A stretch of DNA of 64,000 nt from Candidatus Aenigmatarchaeota archaeon. GTDB taxonomy: Archaea > Aenigmatarchaeota > Aenigmatarchaeia > CG10238-14. The stretch is taken from contig JAWBZR010000002.1 of NCBI GenBank assembly GCA_044343545.1, positions 1 through 64,000 of the forward strand. Reading direction: 5' to 3'. Numbering within the stretch: the stretch's first letter is position 1; the number at the start of each line of letters is the position of its first letter. The notes beneath the pieces are model-generated. The model had not been told where the DNA came from. It made no database searches and saw only the letters and a list, made by a program, of their open reading frames with translations. A program made the position numbers and the translations under genes. Shown here in pieces: positions 51,357-60,353 of the stretch.

Positions 51357-51361
51357 AAAGC

Positions 51362-53230
51362 CTATCCTATGAAAACAGGTCTTTTTGAAAGCATCATAGG
51401 TAATGTTAATTCTTTAAATGGTTTTCCTTTTGTCGCTTCTTTTATTTCGCTTATCAAGCTTTCAAGGCTCATTTTTTCTTCAAAACTTTTAACACCTCTC
51501 TTTCTCACATTAAATATTCCGCTCTCTCTTTCTTTCTTGCCTATGACAAGAATGTATGGAACCCATTCAATTTCCGCATCTCTTATTTTCTTTTCTATTC
51601 TTTCGTTTCTATCATCTATATCCACTCTTATGCTATTTTCTTCAAATTTTTTGGCAAGTTCTTTACAATATTCTATATAATCATCGTTTATAGGACACAA
51701 TCTTACTTGAGTTGGACAAAGCCATAAAGGCAAGCGTGGATTTTCTCCCTTTTGAGAAGCGATATAAGCCTTTTCAAGCATTGCATATAAACATCTTTCT
51801 AAACTTCCGGATGGAGAACAGTGTAAGATGTACGGATGTTTCTTCTTTCCATCTTCATCAACGTATTCTATTCCAAATCTTTTAGCATTTTCATGATCTA
51901 TTTGAACTGTCGTGAGAGCAGATGCTTTGTTCATGGAATCTATGAAGTTGAATTCAAATTTTGGATCAAAATATGCGTATCTAAAATTCCACATTTCTAT
52001 AAGCACTGGTTTATTCACAAGCTTTACTAATGAAATTATGAAATCTTTGTTTTCTTTCCAAAAATCTTTTGTAAATCTAATGGCAACTTCAAAATCGTCT
52101 ATGGAAAATTCTATATCTTTCAATGTTTCGATTCCCAACTTGAATTGATTGTAAAATTCTTGTTTGGCTGTGTCTAAATCTTTGCAGAGTGTATGCATAT
52201 CAGGCATAGTGAATGCTCTTAATCTTCTCAAACCAACAAGCTCTCCTGATTTTTCAAGTCTAAAAGAATATCTCGTTAGCTCGAAAAATTTAAGTGGCAA
52301 ATCTTTGTGAGAGATATTAGATGCTGCTAATGTCAAGAATTGTCCGAAGCAAGCTGCAAATCTGAGGAAAAACTTTCTTTTCGCAGATTCAAGTGTATAT
52401 TGTCTCGCAGGAAATCTATTTAGATATTCTTTCAATGCAGGATGCTCATAATCATACATTATTGGTGTTTCTACTTCCATAGCACCATACTTTATTACTT
52501 TTTGTGTAATCCACATTTCCATGAGACTTTTTATTAATCTTCCTTTGGGTAAAAATCTGAAATTTCCAGGGTCAGAACCTGGCTCGTAATCTACAAGTTC
52601 CAAAGATTTCATTATCTTTACATGAGGCGGTATGATAGAAACACCTCTAACTTTGGCATACTCATATTCAAAGAATTTTTTTAGATTTTCATGATCTTTA
52701 TAATCAAATTCTTTTGCATCTATCAGTTCGCCTTTTGGTGTCAATATATACCATTCAGATTTCACCTTTTCCTCCTGCTGTAAAGCTTGTGAAATTTCTT
52801 CTTTAACTTCTTTAACTTCCTCCGCTGTAAAAACTTTTAGTTGCTCTGCTAAGGGATGTGCCTTTATTTTTAATTGAAATTGCTTGTTCCATCCAAAAGG
52901 TGCTCTGTAAACTTCCAGACCCTCTTTCTTTGCAAAATCTTCCATTTTTCTTATTATTTCAAGAGCCTCTGAAGGTTTAGCTAAATTTGAACTTAGATGC
53001 GCATAAGGGTATATCAAAATTTTGTTCACTTTTATTGTTTTTAAAGATTCGTTTATTTGCTTTATCGCATGCTTAGCTAAAGATTCATTATCACCTTCTT
53101 CTACGGCAACAAAAAGAACTACAACATCTTCAATTCTCACTAATTTTTTTTCTATCTTTTCTGCGATAGCTATTTCTCTTTCTATAGGCAAGTATTCTAT
53201 GAAATCTACGTGTTGTTGCAATATTCTCAT
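51362..53230 (-). CDS. thrS: Threonine-tRNA ligase with archaeal editing domain
   Basis: MRILQQH, YPYAHLSS, RAPFGW, LRFAACFG, GLRRLRAFTMPDMH, ILHCSPSGSLER. Confidence 0.97.
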   Translation of the reverse strand: MRILQQHVDFIEYLPIEREIAIAEKIEKKLVRIEDVVVLFVAVEEGDNESLAKHAIKQINESLKTIKVNKILIYPYAHLSSNLAKPSEALEIIRKMEDFAKKEGLEVYRAPFGWNKQFQLKIKAHPLAEQLKVFTAEEVKEVKEEISQALQQEEKVKSEWYILTPKGELIDAKEFDYKDHENLKKFFEYEYAKVRGVSIIPPHVKIMKSLELVDYEPGSDPGNFRFLPKGRLIKSLMEMWITQKVIKYGAMEVETPIMYDYEHPALKEYLNRFPARQYTLESAKRKFFLRFAACFGQFLTLAASNISHKDLPLKFFELTRYSFRLEKSGELVGLRRLRAFTMPDMHTLCKDLDTAKQEFYNQFKLGIETLKDIEFSIDDFEVAIRFTKDFWKENKDFIISLVKLVNKPVLIEMWNFRYAYFDPKFEFNFIDSMNKASALTTVQIDHENAKRFGIEYVDEDGKKKHPYILHCSPSGSLERCLYAMLEKAYIASQKGENPRLPLWLCPTQVRLCPINDDYIEYCKELAKKFEENSIRVDIDDRNERIEKKIRDAEIEWVPYILVIGKKERESGIFNVRKRGVKSFEEKMSLESLISEIKEATKGKPFKELTLPMMLSKRPVFIG

Positions 53231-53550
53231 AAACTCCCCTCATTATTTTTTATTTCAATAGATTTAAATTTCATACTAAATGCCATTTTTTGCAAAAACA
53301 TCTTTTCTAAAAAATTTTGTCTCCCAAGACCCTTTTTTGAAATAACAACTTTTACGCCAAAATCTTTTATCCATTCATGTTTCGAATAAAGCTTTTCAGG
53401 TAAACTAATTAATCTTAACTGGGGGCATTTGTTTAGAATTTCTTTTAATAGTTTTTTACTTGCAAATTTTCTTAAATGAACTATTCGAGTTTCTTTGTTA
53501 AGTTTTGAAATATCAGAATAGCTAGAAATAGAGACTTGTTTGGCATTCAC
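53227..53550 (-). CDS. DUF1699-like protein
   Basis: ETRIVHL...ILNKCPQLRLISLP resembles DUF1699 as recalled. Confidence 0.6.
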   Translation of the reverse strand: MNAKQVSISSYSDISKLNKETRIVHLRKFASKKLLKEILNKCPQLRLISLPEKLYSKHEWIKDFGVKVVISKKGLGRQNFLEKMFLQKMAFSMKFKSIEIKNNEGSL

Positions 53551-53635
53551 CTTGTCCGTTTATCACCCATACTCTCCACTAATAATTTTTTCAGTTGAAT
53601 ATTTTTAAGTTTTTTGTAATGCCGTTTTTTATGCT

Positions 53636-54097
53636 TTATATGAAAAAGCTAAACCAATACCATGATAGAGTTGCTATACCACCCACTGTGATGATGAGCG
53701 AGCTCATTAGTTTTCTAAAATCAATTTCTTTTATGGAAATTTCGACGCCTGCTGAATAAAGAGAAAGCCACACCCACCAATAAATGAGAAAATTAACTAC
53801 GCTATTCACGAAACCATATTTCGAGGCAAAAAAGATAGATGATATTATTGAAACAAAAAAGCCTGATATCATAACCATTGAATGATTTTCCACGTTTTCT
53901 TCTGTCGTGAGTATTCCTTCAATGAGCGAAATTTCTGTTAATAGCGCGAAGAAAGAATAAATGTAATTTTGAGGGGACCATAAAAATATCATCAAGGCCA
54001 AGACTAGCGGCAAAAACAAAAATACAAAACCAGTTATTTGTATGAATAATTCGCGCCAATTTATTTTATGAAACATATTAAACAGAATTGGTGCCAA
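53636..54097 (-). CDS. Multi-pass membrane protein
   Basis: About 5 hydrophobic segments. Confidence 0.7.
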   Translation of the reverse strand: MAPILFNMFHKINWRELFIQITGFVFLFLPLVLALMIFLWSPQNYIYSFFALLTEISLIEGILTTEENVENHSMVMISGFFVSIISSIFFASKYGFVNSVVNFLIYWWVWLSLYSAGVEISIKEIDFRKLMSSLIITVGGIATLSWYWFSFFI

Positions 54098-54164
54098 TAA
54101 TTATAAAATTATGTTTTTTGTGTGAAGAAAATATTTATAGCAAAAAAATGAAATTAATGAATTT

Positions 54165-54479
54165 ATGAACGTACAATTTGTAGGTTTTGACAAGTTTTCT
54201 TCCGAAATAAAAGATGATGTAAAAAAACAGTGTGATAGGCTTTTAGATAAATGCAAGAGGATTTTTGATGAAAAACATATAAAAACTCTAAAACTTTCGG
54301 TAGATAAGCTGAGAAAAAGAGGAGATCATACATTATTTGAGGTTAAGTGTTATCTTGAAGCGGGGAACAACTTGTTTTATGCTTCACATAGTGATTGGAA
54401 TATATTGGATGCAGTAGAAAGGGTAGTTGAAGATATTTTGAAGCAAGTTATAAAGAAAAAGGAGATGCACGAAAGATGA
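54165..54479 (+). CDS. HPF/RaiA-like fold protein (putative ribosome hibernation factor)
   Basis: beta-alpha-beta-beta-beta-alpha pattern; FEVKCYL...FYASHSDWNILDAVERVVEDILKQV. Confidence 0.65.
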   Translation: MNVQFVGFDKFSSEIKDDVKKQCDRLLDKCKRIFDEKHIKTLKLSVDKLRKRGDHTLFEVKCYLEAGNNLFYASHSDWNILDAVERVVEDILKQVIKKKEMHER

Positions 54480-54516
54480 ATTTTTAAAATTTCACAAAAA
54501 TCTTATATTTATTAAT

Positions 54517-54607
54517 AGCCCCGTCGTCTAGATGGCTTTGCCAGGATAACGGTCAAGGATAGCGGGCTTTGGACCCGTTGACAGCGGTTCGAATCCGCTC
54601 GGGGCTA
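54517..54607 (+). tRNA. tRNA-Gln(TTG) with an 18-nt intron at 15/16 (54532-54549)
   Basis: A1:U72 AGCCCCG/CGGGGCT; GCGGG-CT-TTG-GA-CCCGT; BHB with GTCT/GGAT helix, AGA and AAC bulges and TGGC/GCCA inner stem. Confidence 0.92.
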
Positions 54608-54642
54608 TAAAATCAAATAGATTAATATTTACTCTATTTTTT

Positions 54643-55275
54643 ATGCAATTAAGGCAAGTGTATGATGAAATTGCAGATAGTTGGAGTAATTTTAGAACAA
54701 AACCCAAAAAATCCATACCTTTTGATAGAATAAGAGGTTTTGTGCTGGATGTTGGCTGTGGCAATGCAAGAAACATGATACCTTTGCTTAAGAAAGGAGT
54801 AAAATGCGTTGGAATAGATTTTTCAAAAAATATGATAAAAAACGCTTTGAAGTTGTGTGAAAAGCATGAAGTAGAAGCAGATTTTGTATTAGCAGACATG
54901 CTTCATCTTCCTTTCAAGAAAAAAGTGTTTGACGTGTGTTTATGCATATCAACCCTTCATCATTTGGATGATAGGTTGAAAAGAATAAAAGCTTTAAAGG
55001 AAATCAAGAGGGTTTGCAAGAAAGACATCTACATATTGGTGTGGTACAGATGGCAAATCTTTCACATAAAACATTTATTAAAAAATTTCATGCATTTCGG
55101 AGACGTATATGTAGAATGGAGAAAAAGAAACAAGATATTATATCGATACTATCATCTTTATACGAAGCACGAGCTAGAAAGAGATTTAAGTTTGGCTAGG
55201 TTAAAATTAATAGAAATTAAAATAACTAAAGAAAATAAAAAAAAGGATTTGTTTGCATATTGCACGGTGGTTTAG
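54643..55275 (+). CDS. Trm9/ALKBH8-like tRNA carboxymethyluridine(34) methyltransferase
   Basis: QVYDEIADSWSNFRTKP, VLDVGCGN, ISTLHHL, ILVW, DVYVEW, YRYYHLY-x3-EL match Trm9-type motifs. Confidence 0.82.
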   Translation: MQLRQVYDEIADSWSNFRTKPKKSIPFDRIRGFVLDVGCGNARNMIPLLKKGVKCVGIDFSKNMIKNALKLCEKHEVEADFVLADMLHLPFKKKVFDVCLCISTLHHLDDRLKRIKALKEIKRVCKKDIYILVWYRWQIFHIKHLLKNFMHFGDVYVEWRKRNKILYRYYHLYTKHELERDLSLARLKLIEIKITKENKKKDLFAYCTVV

Positions 55276-56190
55276 GTGAAGTCATGTAGCAATTGTAAAA
55301 ACAAAGCCATTTACTTTAGAATGAATGAAGGTAGATATTATTGCAAAAAATGTTTTTCTAAAAACATTGAAGATAGAGTGAAAAGAGTCATAAGAAATTT
55401 CAATTTAGTTGATAATGGAGATAATATAGCTGTAGCCCTTTCTGGAGGAAAAGATTCGTCAAACACTCTCTATATTCTTAAAAAAATATTTGAAAAAAAT
55501 CCTAAAATCAGAATTTTTGCCATAATTGTTGATGAAGGTTTTCATTTTAGAAAAGAAGCTATAAAAAAATCTAAAAAACTTTGCGAAGAGATTGGTGTAG
55601 AGTATTACATATTTTATTTCAAGAAAGAGGTTGGGAAAACTATGGATAGTATTGGTAGAAAATTTAAAGATAAAAACATGTGCAGTTATTGCGGTGTTCT
55701 TAGAAGGTACTTGATTAATAAAAAGGCAAGAGAATTAAAGGCAAATAAAATAGCTTTAGGACATAACTTGGATGATGAGGTACAAAGCATAATAATGAAT
55801 ATTTTCAAGGGAGATTTTCTTCGAATGGCAAGGTTTGATTTTATGCCAAAAATAAGAGAAAATACAAAATTTGTACCACGGATAAAACCGCTTGCTATGA
55901 TACCGGAGAAGGAGTCTGCTATTTATGCTATAACCAACAATTTGCCCATTTCCCTTTCTCATTGCCCATATGCAGCTCACAATCACTTGAGAATGGAAGT
56001 AAAGTATTTTTTGAATAAACTTGAGTTCGAATCTCCAGGAATAAAATATTCTATATTCAACAGTGGAAGAAAGCTTGCTAAAATATTGAAGGAAAATATG
56101 AAGATAGGGGAGATAAATAACTGCAAGATTTGTGGAGAACCTAGCTCAGAAAGTGTGTGTCAAGCATGCAAGATTATTGAGAAATTATAG
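55276..56190 (+). CDS. Ncs6/NcsA/TtuA-type tRNA 2-thiolation protein (PP-loop)
   Basis: N- and C-terminal CxxC pairs, SGGKDS, CSYCGVLRR, GHNLDD, PRIKPL, CPY. Confidence 0.92.
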   Translation: MKSCSNCKNKAIYFRMNEGRYYCKKCFSKNIEDRVKRVIRNFNLVDNGDNIAVALSGGKDSSNTLYILKKIFEKNPKIRIFAIIVDEGFHFRKEAIKKSKKLCEEIGVEYYIFYFKKEVGKTMDSIGRKFKDKNMCSYCGVLRRYLINKKARELKANKIALGHNLDDEVQSIIMNIFKGDFLRMARFDFMPKIRENTKFVPRIKPLAMIPEKESAIYAITNNLPISLSHCPYAAHNHLRMEVKYFLNKLEFESPGIKYSIFNSGRKLAKILKENMKIGEINNCKICGEPSSESVCQACKIIEKL

Positions 56191-56280
56191 AATCATCATA
56201 TAAATCCTTCAAGAGGCTTGAAAAGATCCTGTTTGACAAATTAAAATCTTTATTATACTCAAGCATTTTTGCCAAGAAAA

Positions 56281-56451
56281 TCACCCTTTTTTATAATTAT
56301 TTTCAATTTCCGCTATCTTTTCTTGCAAAAAAGCTATCCTATCTTGCCAATATTTGACCTGCCTCAAGTTTTTTGCTTTGAATAGTTGAGCCTTTGCATT
56401 AAACAATTCTTCTCTATAAAACCTCAATCTAAGCAGGTCTCGTTTGTTCAT
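56281..56451 (-). CDS. 56-aa helical microprotein (missed by ORF track)
   Basis: MNKRDLLRLRFYREELFNAKAQLFKAKNLRQVKYWQDRIAFLQEKIAEIENNYKKG; GTGAT SD-like motif upstream. Confidence 0.6.
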   Translation of the reverse strand: MNKRDLLRLRFYREELFNAKAQLFKAKNLRQVKYWQDRIAFLQEKIAEIENNYKKG

Positions 56452-56553
56452 TTCAAATCACTATATTACTTTTTAGTGGTTCTTATATATAAATGTTACT
56501 ACTATAAAATAGAAATATTATTTTATAGATATTGAAGTAGATAAATTTCAATT

Positions 56554-58128
56554 ATGATTACAGAGAGAGAGTTTGCCAAAATTTTTCTGAAAGAGTTTAG
56601 AGCAAGGAAGCCGAAAACAAAAGAAGAAGTGATCAAGCTTAAAAGAGAATTGGCGGCAAAGTTTGGCATAGAAGAACCGACAAATCCAGATATACTGAAG
56701 TATGCAAGCGATGCATTTATAGAAAAGTACAGATCTCTTTTTGAAATAAAACCGACGAGAACCATATCCGGCGTGGCTACTATTACGGTTGCTTGTAAGC
56801 CAGCTTATTGTGGCGGTAACTGCAGTTATCGTCCTCCTTTAAGCAAGTTTGTGCCCAAGAGCTATTCTGCAAATGAACCAGCTATACAGAGAGCTATAAG
56901 AAACAAGTTTGACCCTTATAGACAGGTGAGAGATAGATTGAGCCAATATAAAATAATGGGTCATCCCACGGACAAGATAGAAATCATAGTTTTGGGCGGA
57001 ACCTTTTTGGCAACAGAAAAGGAATATCAGCATAAATTTATTAAGGGAATTTTTGACGGATTAAACGGAAAGAGAGCTTCCACTTTGGAAGAAGCAAAAA
57101 GGATCAACGAAACAGCAAGACATAGATGTGTAGGTTTAACGATAGAGACAAGGCCAGACTATTGTTTCGAGGAGCATGTCGATGCTTTATTGGAGTATGG
57201 CTGCACGAGAATAGAGTTGGGAATGCAATCGATATATAATGACGTCTTGGATAGAGTTAATAGAGGTCATCATGTTGAAGAAACTATAAGAGCTATACAA
57301 ATTGCAAAGGATTCTGCTTTTAAGATCATATCTCATGTGATGCCATTCTTGCCTGGCTCAAGTGTTGAGAGGGATATAGATATGTTTAGGGAAATTTTTA
57401 GAAGTGAAGATTTGCAAGTAGACGAATTCAAGATATATCCTTGCGTTGTTGTTGAAGGAACAAAACTCTACGAGGAATGGAAGCAAGGAAAATATACTCC
57501 ACCAACTTTGGAAGAAGCAGTCAAAGTTATTGTTGAAATGAAAAAAATGGCACCTCCTTGGGTGAGGTTCAGGAGAATTTTTAGAGATATTCCGGCAAAC
57601 GAAATTGTTGCTGGTGTGAAGAAAAGTAACTTAAGAGAAATAGCGATAGAAAGGTTAAAGAAAGAGGGTTTGTGGTGTAGGTGCACCCGTTGTAGAGAGC
57701 CAGGGCATGCAAAGAAAATTTACTGGAGAGAAGTAGATAAAAGTCATATAAAGCTTGTCAGGAGAGATTATAGAGCATCGGGCGGAGATGAAATATTTCT
57801 TTCGTTTGAAGATGTCAAGAATGATGTGCTTGTAGCTTTACTACGGCTAAGAATACCATATAAGCCGCATAGAAGAGAAATAGATGATAAGACAGCGTTG
57901 ATAAGAGAGATTCATACCTATGGAAAAATGGTGCCTATAGATAAAGATGATTCGAATAGCTGGCAACATAAAGGTTTTGGCTCATTGTTGCTTGAAGAAG
58001 CAGAAAGAATTGCTAAGGAAGATTTTGACAAGAAAAAAATGATAGCTATATCGGGAGTTGGAGTAAAGAGTTGGTTTATGAAGCATGGATATAAGTATGA
58101 AGGACCTTATATGAGCAAATTTATTTAA
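56554..58128 (+). CDS. elp3: Elp3 tRNA uridine(34) acetyltransferase (radical SAM + KAT)
   Basis: KPTRTISGVA, PKSY-x2-NEPA, GHPTDKIE, GGTF, IETRPD, KIYP, CRCTRCRE, IREIHTYG, WQHKGFG, ISGVGV. Confidence 0.96.
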   Translation: MITEREFAKIFLKEFRARKPKTKEEVIKLKRELAAKFGIEEPTNPDILKYASDAFIEKYRSLFEIKPTRTISGVATITVACKPAYCGGNCSYRPPLSKFVPKSYSANEPAIQRAIRNKFDPYRQVRDRLSQYKIMGHPTDKIEIIVLGGTFLATEKEYQHKFIKGIFDGLNGKRASTLEEAKRINETARHRCVGLTIETRPDYCFEEHVDALLEYGCTRIELGMQSIYNDVLDRVNRGHHVEETIRAIQIAKDSAFKIISHVMPFLPGSSVERDIDMFREIFRSEDLQVDEFKIYPCVVVEGTKLYEEWKQGKYTPPTLEEAVKVIVEMKKMAPPWVRFRRIFRDIPANEIVAGVKKSNLREIAIERLKKEGLWCRCTRCREPGHAKKIYWREVDKSHIKLVRRDYRASGGDEIFLSFEDVKNDVLVALLRLRIPYKPHRREIDDKTALIREIHTYGKMVPIDKDDSNSWQHKGFGSLLLEEAERIAKEDFDKKKMIAISGVGVKSWFMKHGYKYEGPYMSKFI

Positions 58129-58921
58129 GATATGGGGGGTGGGGTATACGATGAGTTGATCGTGTGAGATATTCTAAATTATAAGTTTCATAGGCATATA
58201 ACCAAAAATGAGTACCTTTTTTTGTTTGATTTAATAGCATATTCCTTGTTTTTCTAAGACGATCTAAAGGTATTCCATATTCCAAAACTGCCTCTCTCAA
58301 TGCTTCTCTAGATACATAAGCTAACTTCTCAGGATCTTCTCCTCTGTCATTTATCACCTTTGCTACCCTTTCAGCCCTTTCTTTCGTTGCTGCATATGGA
58401 TGCAACATAGTTATGTAGTATACTCCTAGGTGTGGAGCAGGTACGCGTAGACCATTTGAAACTATTACATCAAATCTTTCCTCAAAATCAATATCAATTA
58501 CGTCTACCCTTCCTTCAAAAACACAAAGTGGTACACGACCTAAATATGTTCCAGCATCATATAGACAAAAATCACCATTATATACATGAAATGAAGGGTT
58601 TCTTTCTAGCTTTCTTATTCTATTAACACCTAAAATAACACCTTCATATCTATTTGTTCTTTCAAGGAAAGTTCCATTATTGCTAACAACGATTCTTTGA
58701 ACCTCTCCAACACAACCACAAGCAACGACAATATCCAAATCATTTGGTTCATAATTTAAATTTTTAGACAAATAAAGTAAAAGAAATGATCCTACAATTC
58801 TCACTCTATCATATCCTAATTCATTTAATAAAAATTTAACCGCCTTTTCACCAACATCCTTTCTCATAAAATAGTGATTTAAAAAATAGTTTTTTAAAAA
58901 TTTATGTTTTCGTTTTGCCAA
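58121..58921 (-). CDS. Hypothetical protein with a Pol-beta-type nucleotidyltransferase-like motif
   Basis: RIVGSF-x13-PNDLDIVV (hGS...DxD); start may be ATG 58867. Confidence 0.55.
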   Translation of the reverse strand: MAKRKHKFLKNYFLNHYFMRKDVGEKAVKFLLNELGYDRVRIVGSFLLLYLSKNLNYEPNDLDIVVACGCVGEVQRIVVSNNGTFLERTNRYEGVILGVNRIRKLERNPSFHVYNGDFCLYDAGTYLGRVPLCVFEGRVDVIDIDFEERFDVIVSNGLRVPAPHLGVYYITMLHPYAATKERAERVAKVINDRGEDPEKLAYVSREALREAVLEYGIPLDRLRKTRNMLLNQTKKGTHFWLYAYETYNLEYLTRSTHRIPHPPYLK

Positions 58922-58931
58922 AATTTATTTT

Positions 58932-60353
58932 ATGAAATATGACAAAATTCTAAAAGAGGTTTTAAAAAAAATCACGCCTAAATCAAAAGAAGAAAAAAAA
59001 ATCAAGTCACTGAGTAAAAAAATACTTGAAACAGCAAATCATCTTTCATTTTTCTACGGAGCTAAGGCTATTTTAGCCGGTTCATTAACAAGAAATACAT
59101 GGTTGCCAAATAAAAATGAAATAGATGTTTTTATCCTCTTCCCGAAAAATTTGAGCATAAAACATTTAGAGGAAAATGGTTTGGAAGTTGGCAAAAAAAT
59201 AGTAGAAGAATTAGGTGGCAAGTGGACAATAGAATATGCGCAACACCCTTACATAAGAGGAACAATAAATGGCATAAACATCGACATCGTTCCTTGTTAC
59301 AAATTAGAAAAAGGAGAAAAAATAATATCTGCTGTTGATAGAACGCAATTTCATGTAGAATACTTGGAAAATAAGATATCTAAAAAATTAAGTAGCGAGG
59401 TTAGACTGTTAAAACAATTTTTGAAAGCTAATGGCTTGTATGGCGCTGATGCAAAAACAAATGGCTTTTCCGGATATTTATGCGAGTTGTTGATAATTCA
59501 TTACAAGAATTTTTTGAATTTTCTTGAAGCAGCAAAAAATTGGAGAGTAAAAGAAATAATAGACATAGAAAATCAATGGAAAAAAGAAGAGTACAATCAT
59601 TTGAAGAAAAAGTTTAAGGATGAAGTTTTGATAGTGATAGATCCTGTAGACAAGGAAAGAAACGTTGCTTCGGCGGTTAGCGCTTATAACTTTTTCAAAC
59701 TGAAAAAATTAGCAAGAGAATTTTTGGAAAATCCAAGTGAAAGTTTCTTTTTTGAAAAAGAAATTAAACCTCTTTCTAAAAAAGAATTTGATGAGGTTTT
59801 AAAAGAGAGAGGAACTGAAATAATAGGTATATTTTTCGAGCCACCAAAGATAGTTCCAGATATATTATGGCCACAATTAAGAAAAGCAACCAAAAGATTA
59901 GAAAGCATAATTGAAGAGTACGAGTTTTCTGTTTTGAAAAGCGATTGTTGGACTGATGAAAAAAAGATTGCAGTCATTTTATTAGAAATGCAAGTAAGCA
60001 ATTTACCTAGAATTGATAAAATAATTGGCCCATGGGTTTTTGATGAAAAAAACGCGAAAAATTTTGCTGAGAAACACAAAGCTGATGCAATAGCAGGACC
60101 ATACATAGAAGATAATTGTTGGGTGGTTGAGGTTAAGAGAAAATGGACATCTGCTAAACTTAAATTAATAGATTCTATAAGTAAAGATAAGGAAATTCTC
60201 AAAGCAAAAGGAATACCAAATTTTATTGCCGAGCAATTATCAAAAGATTTCAATGTAGTTTCAAACGATGAAATAAAAAATTATTTCAAAAACAAAGAGT
60301 TTGCAATATTCATGAGAAAATATTTTGAAAAGGAAAATCTTGCTTTATTTTAG
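58932..60353 (+). CDS. cca: CCA-adding enzyme (archaeal class I)
   Basis: AGSLTRNTWL-x4-EIDVF, YAQHPY, DIVPCY, SAVDRT, GFSGYLCELL, DPVDKERNVA. Confidence 0.96.
   Translation: MKYDKILKEVLKKITPKSKEEKKIKSLSKKILETANHLSFFYGAKAILAGSLTRNTWLPNKNEIDVFILFPKNLSIKHLEENGLEVGKKIVEELGGKWTIEYAQHPYIRGTINGINIDIVPCYKLEKGEKIISAVDRTQFHVEYLENKISKKLSSEVRLLKQFLKANGLYGADAKTNGFSGYLCELLIIHYKNFLNFLEAAKNWRVKEIIDIENQWKKEEYNHLKKKFKDEVLIVIDPVDKERNVASAVSAYNFFKLKKLAREFLENPSESFFFEKEIKPLSKKEFDEVLKERGTEIIGIFFEPPKIVPDILWPQLRKATKRLESIIEEYEFSVLKSDCWTDEKKIAVILLEMQVSNLPRIDKIIGPWVFDEKNAKNFAEKHKADAIAGPYIEDNCWVVEVKRKWTSAKLKLIDSISKDKEILKAKGIPNFIAEQLSKDFNVVSNDEIKNYFKNKEFAIFMRKYFEKENLALF

Noticed and set aside
54528..54899. 123-aa minus-strand ORF
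   Set aside because: It is antisense to tRNA-Gln and the methyltransferase; a shadow ORF.
59684..60253. 189-aa antisense ORF within cca, and the many similar F/S/I-rich antisense ORFs in the track
   Set aside because: Their composition mirrors Lys/Glu-rich sense codons, and they are fully nested in well-supported genes.
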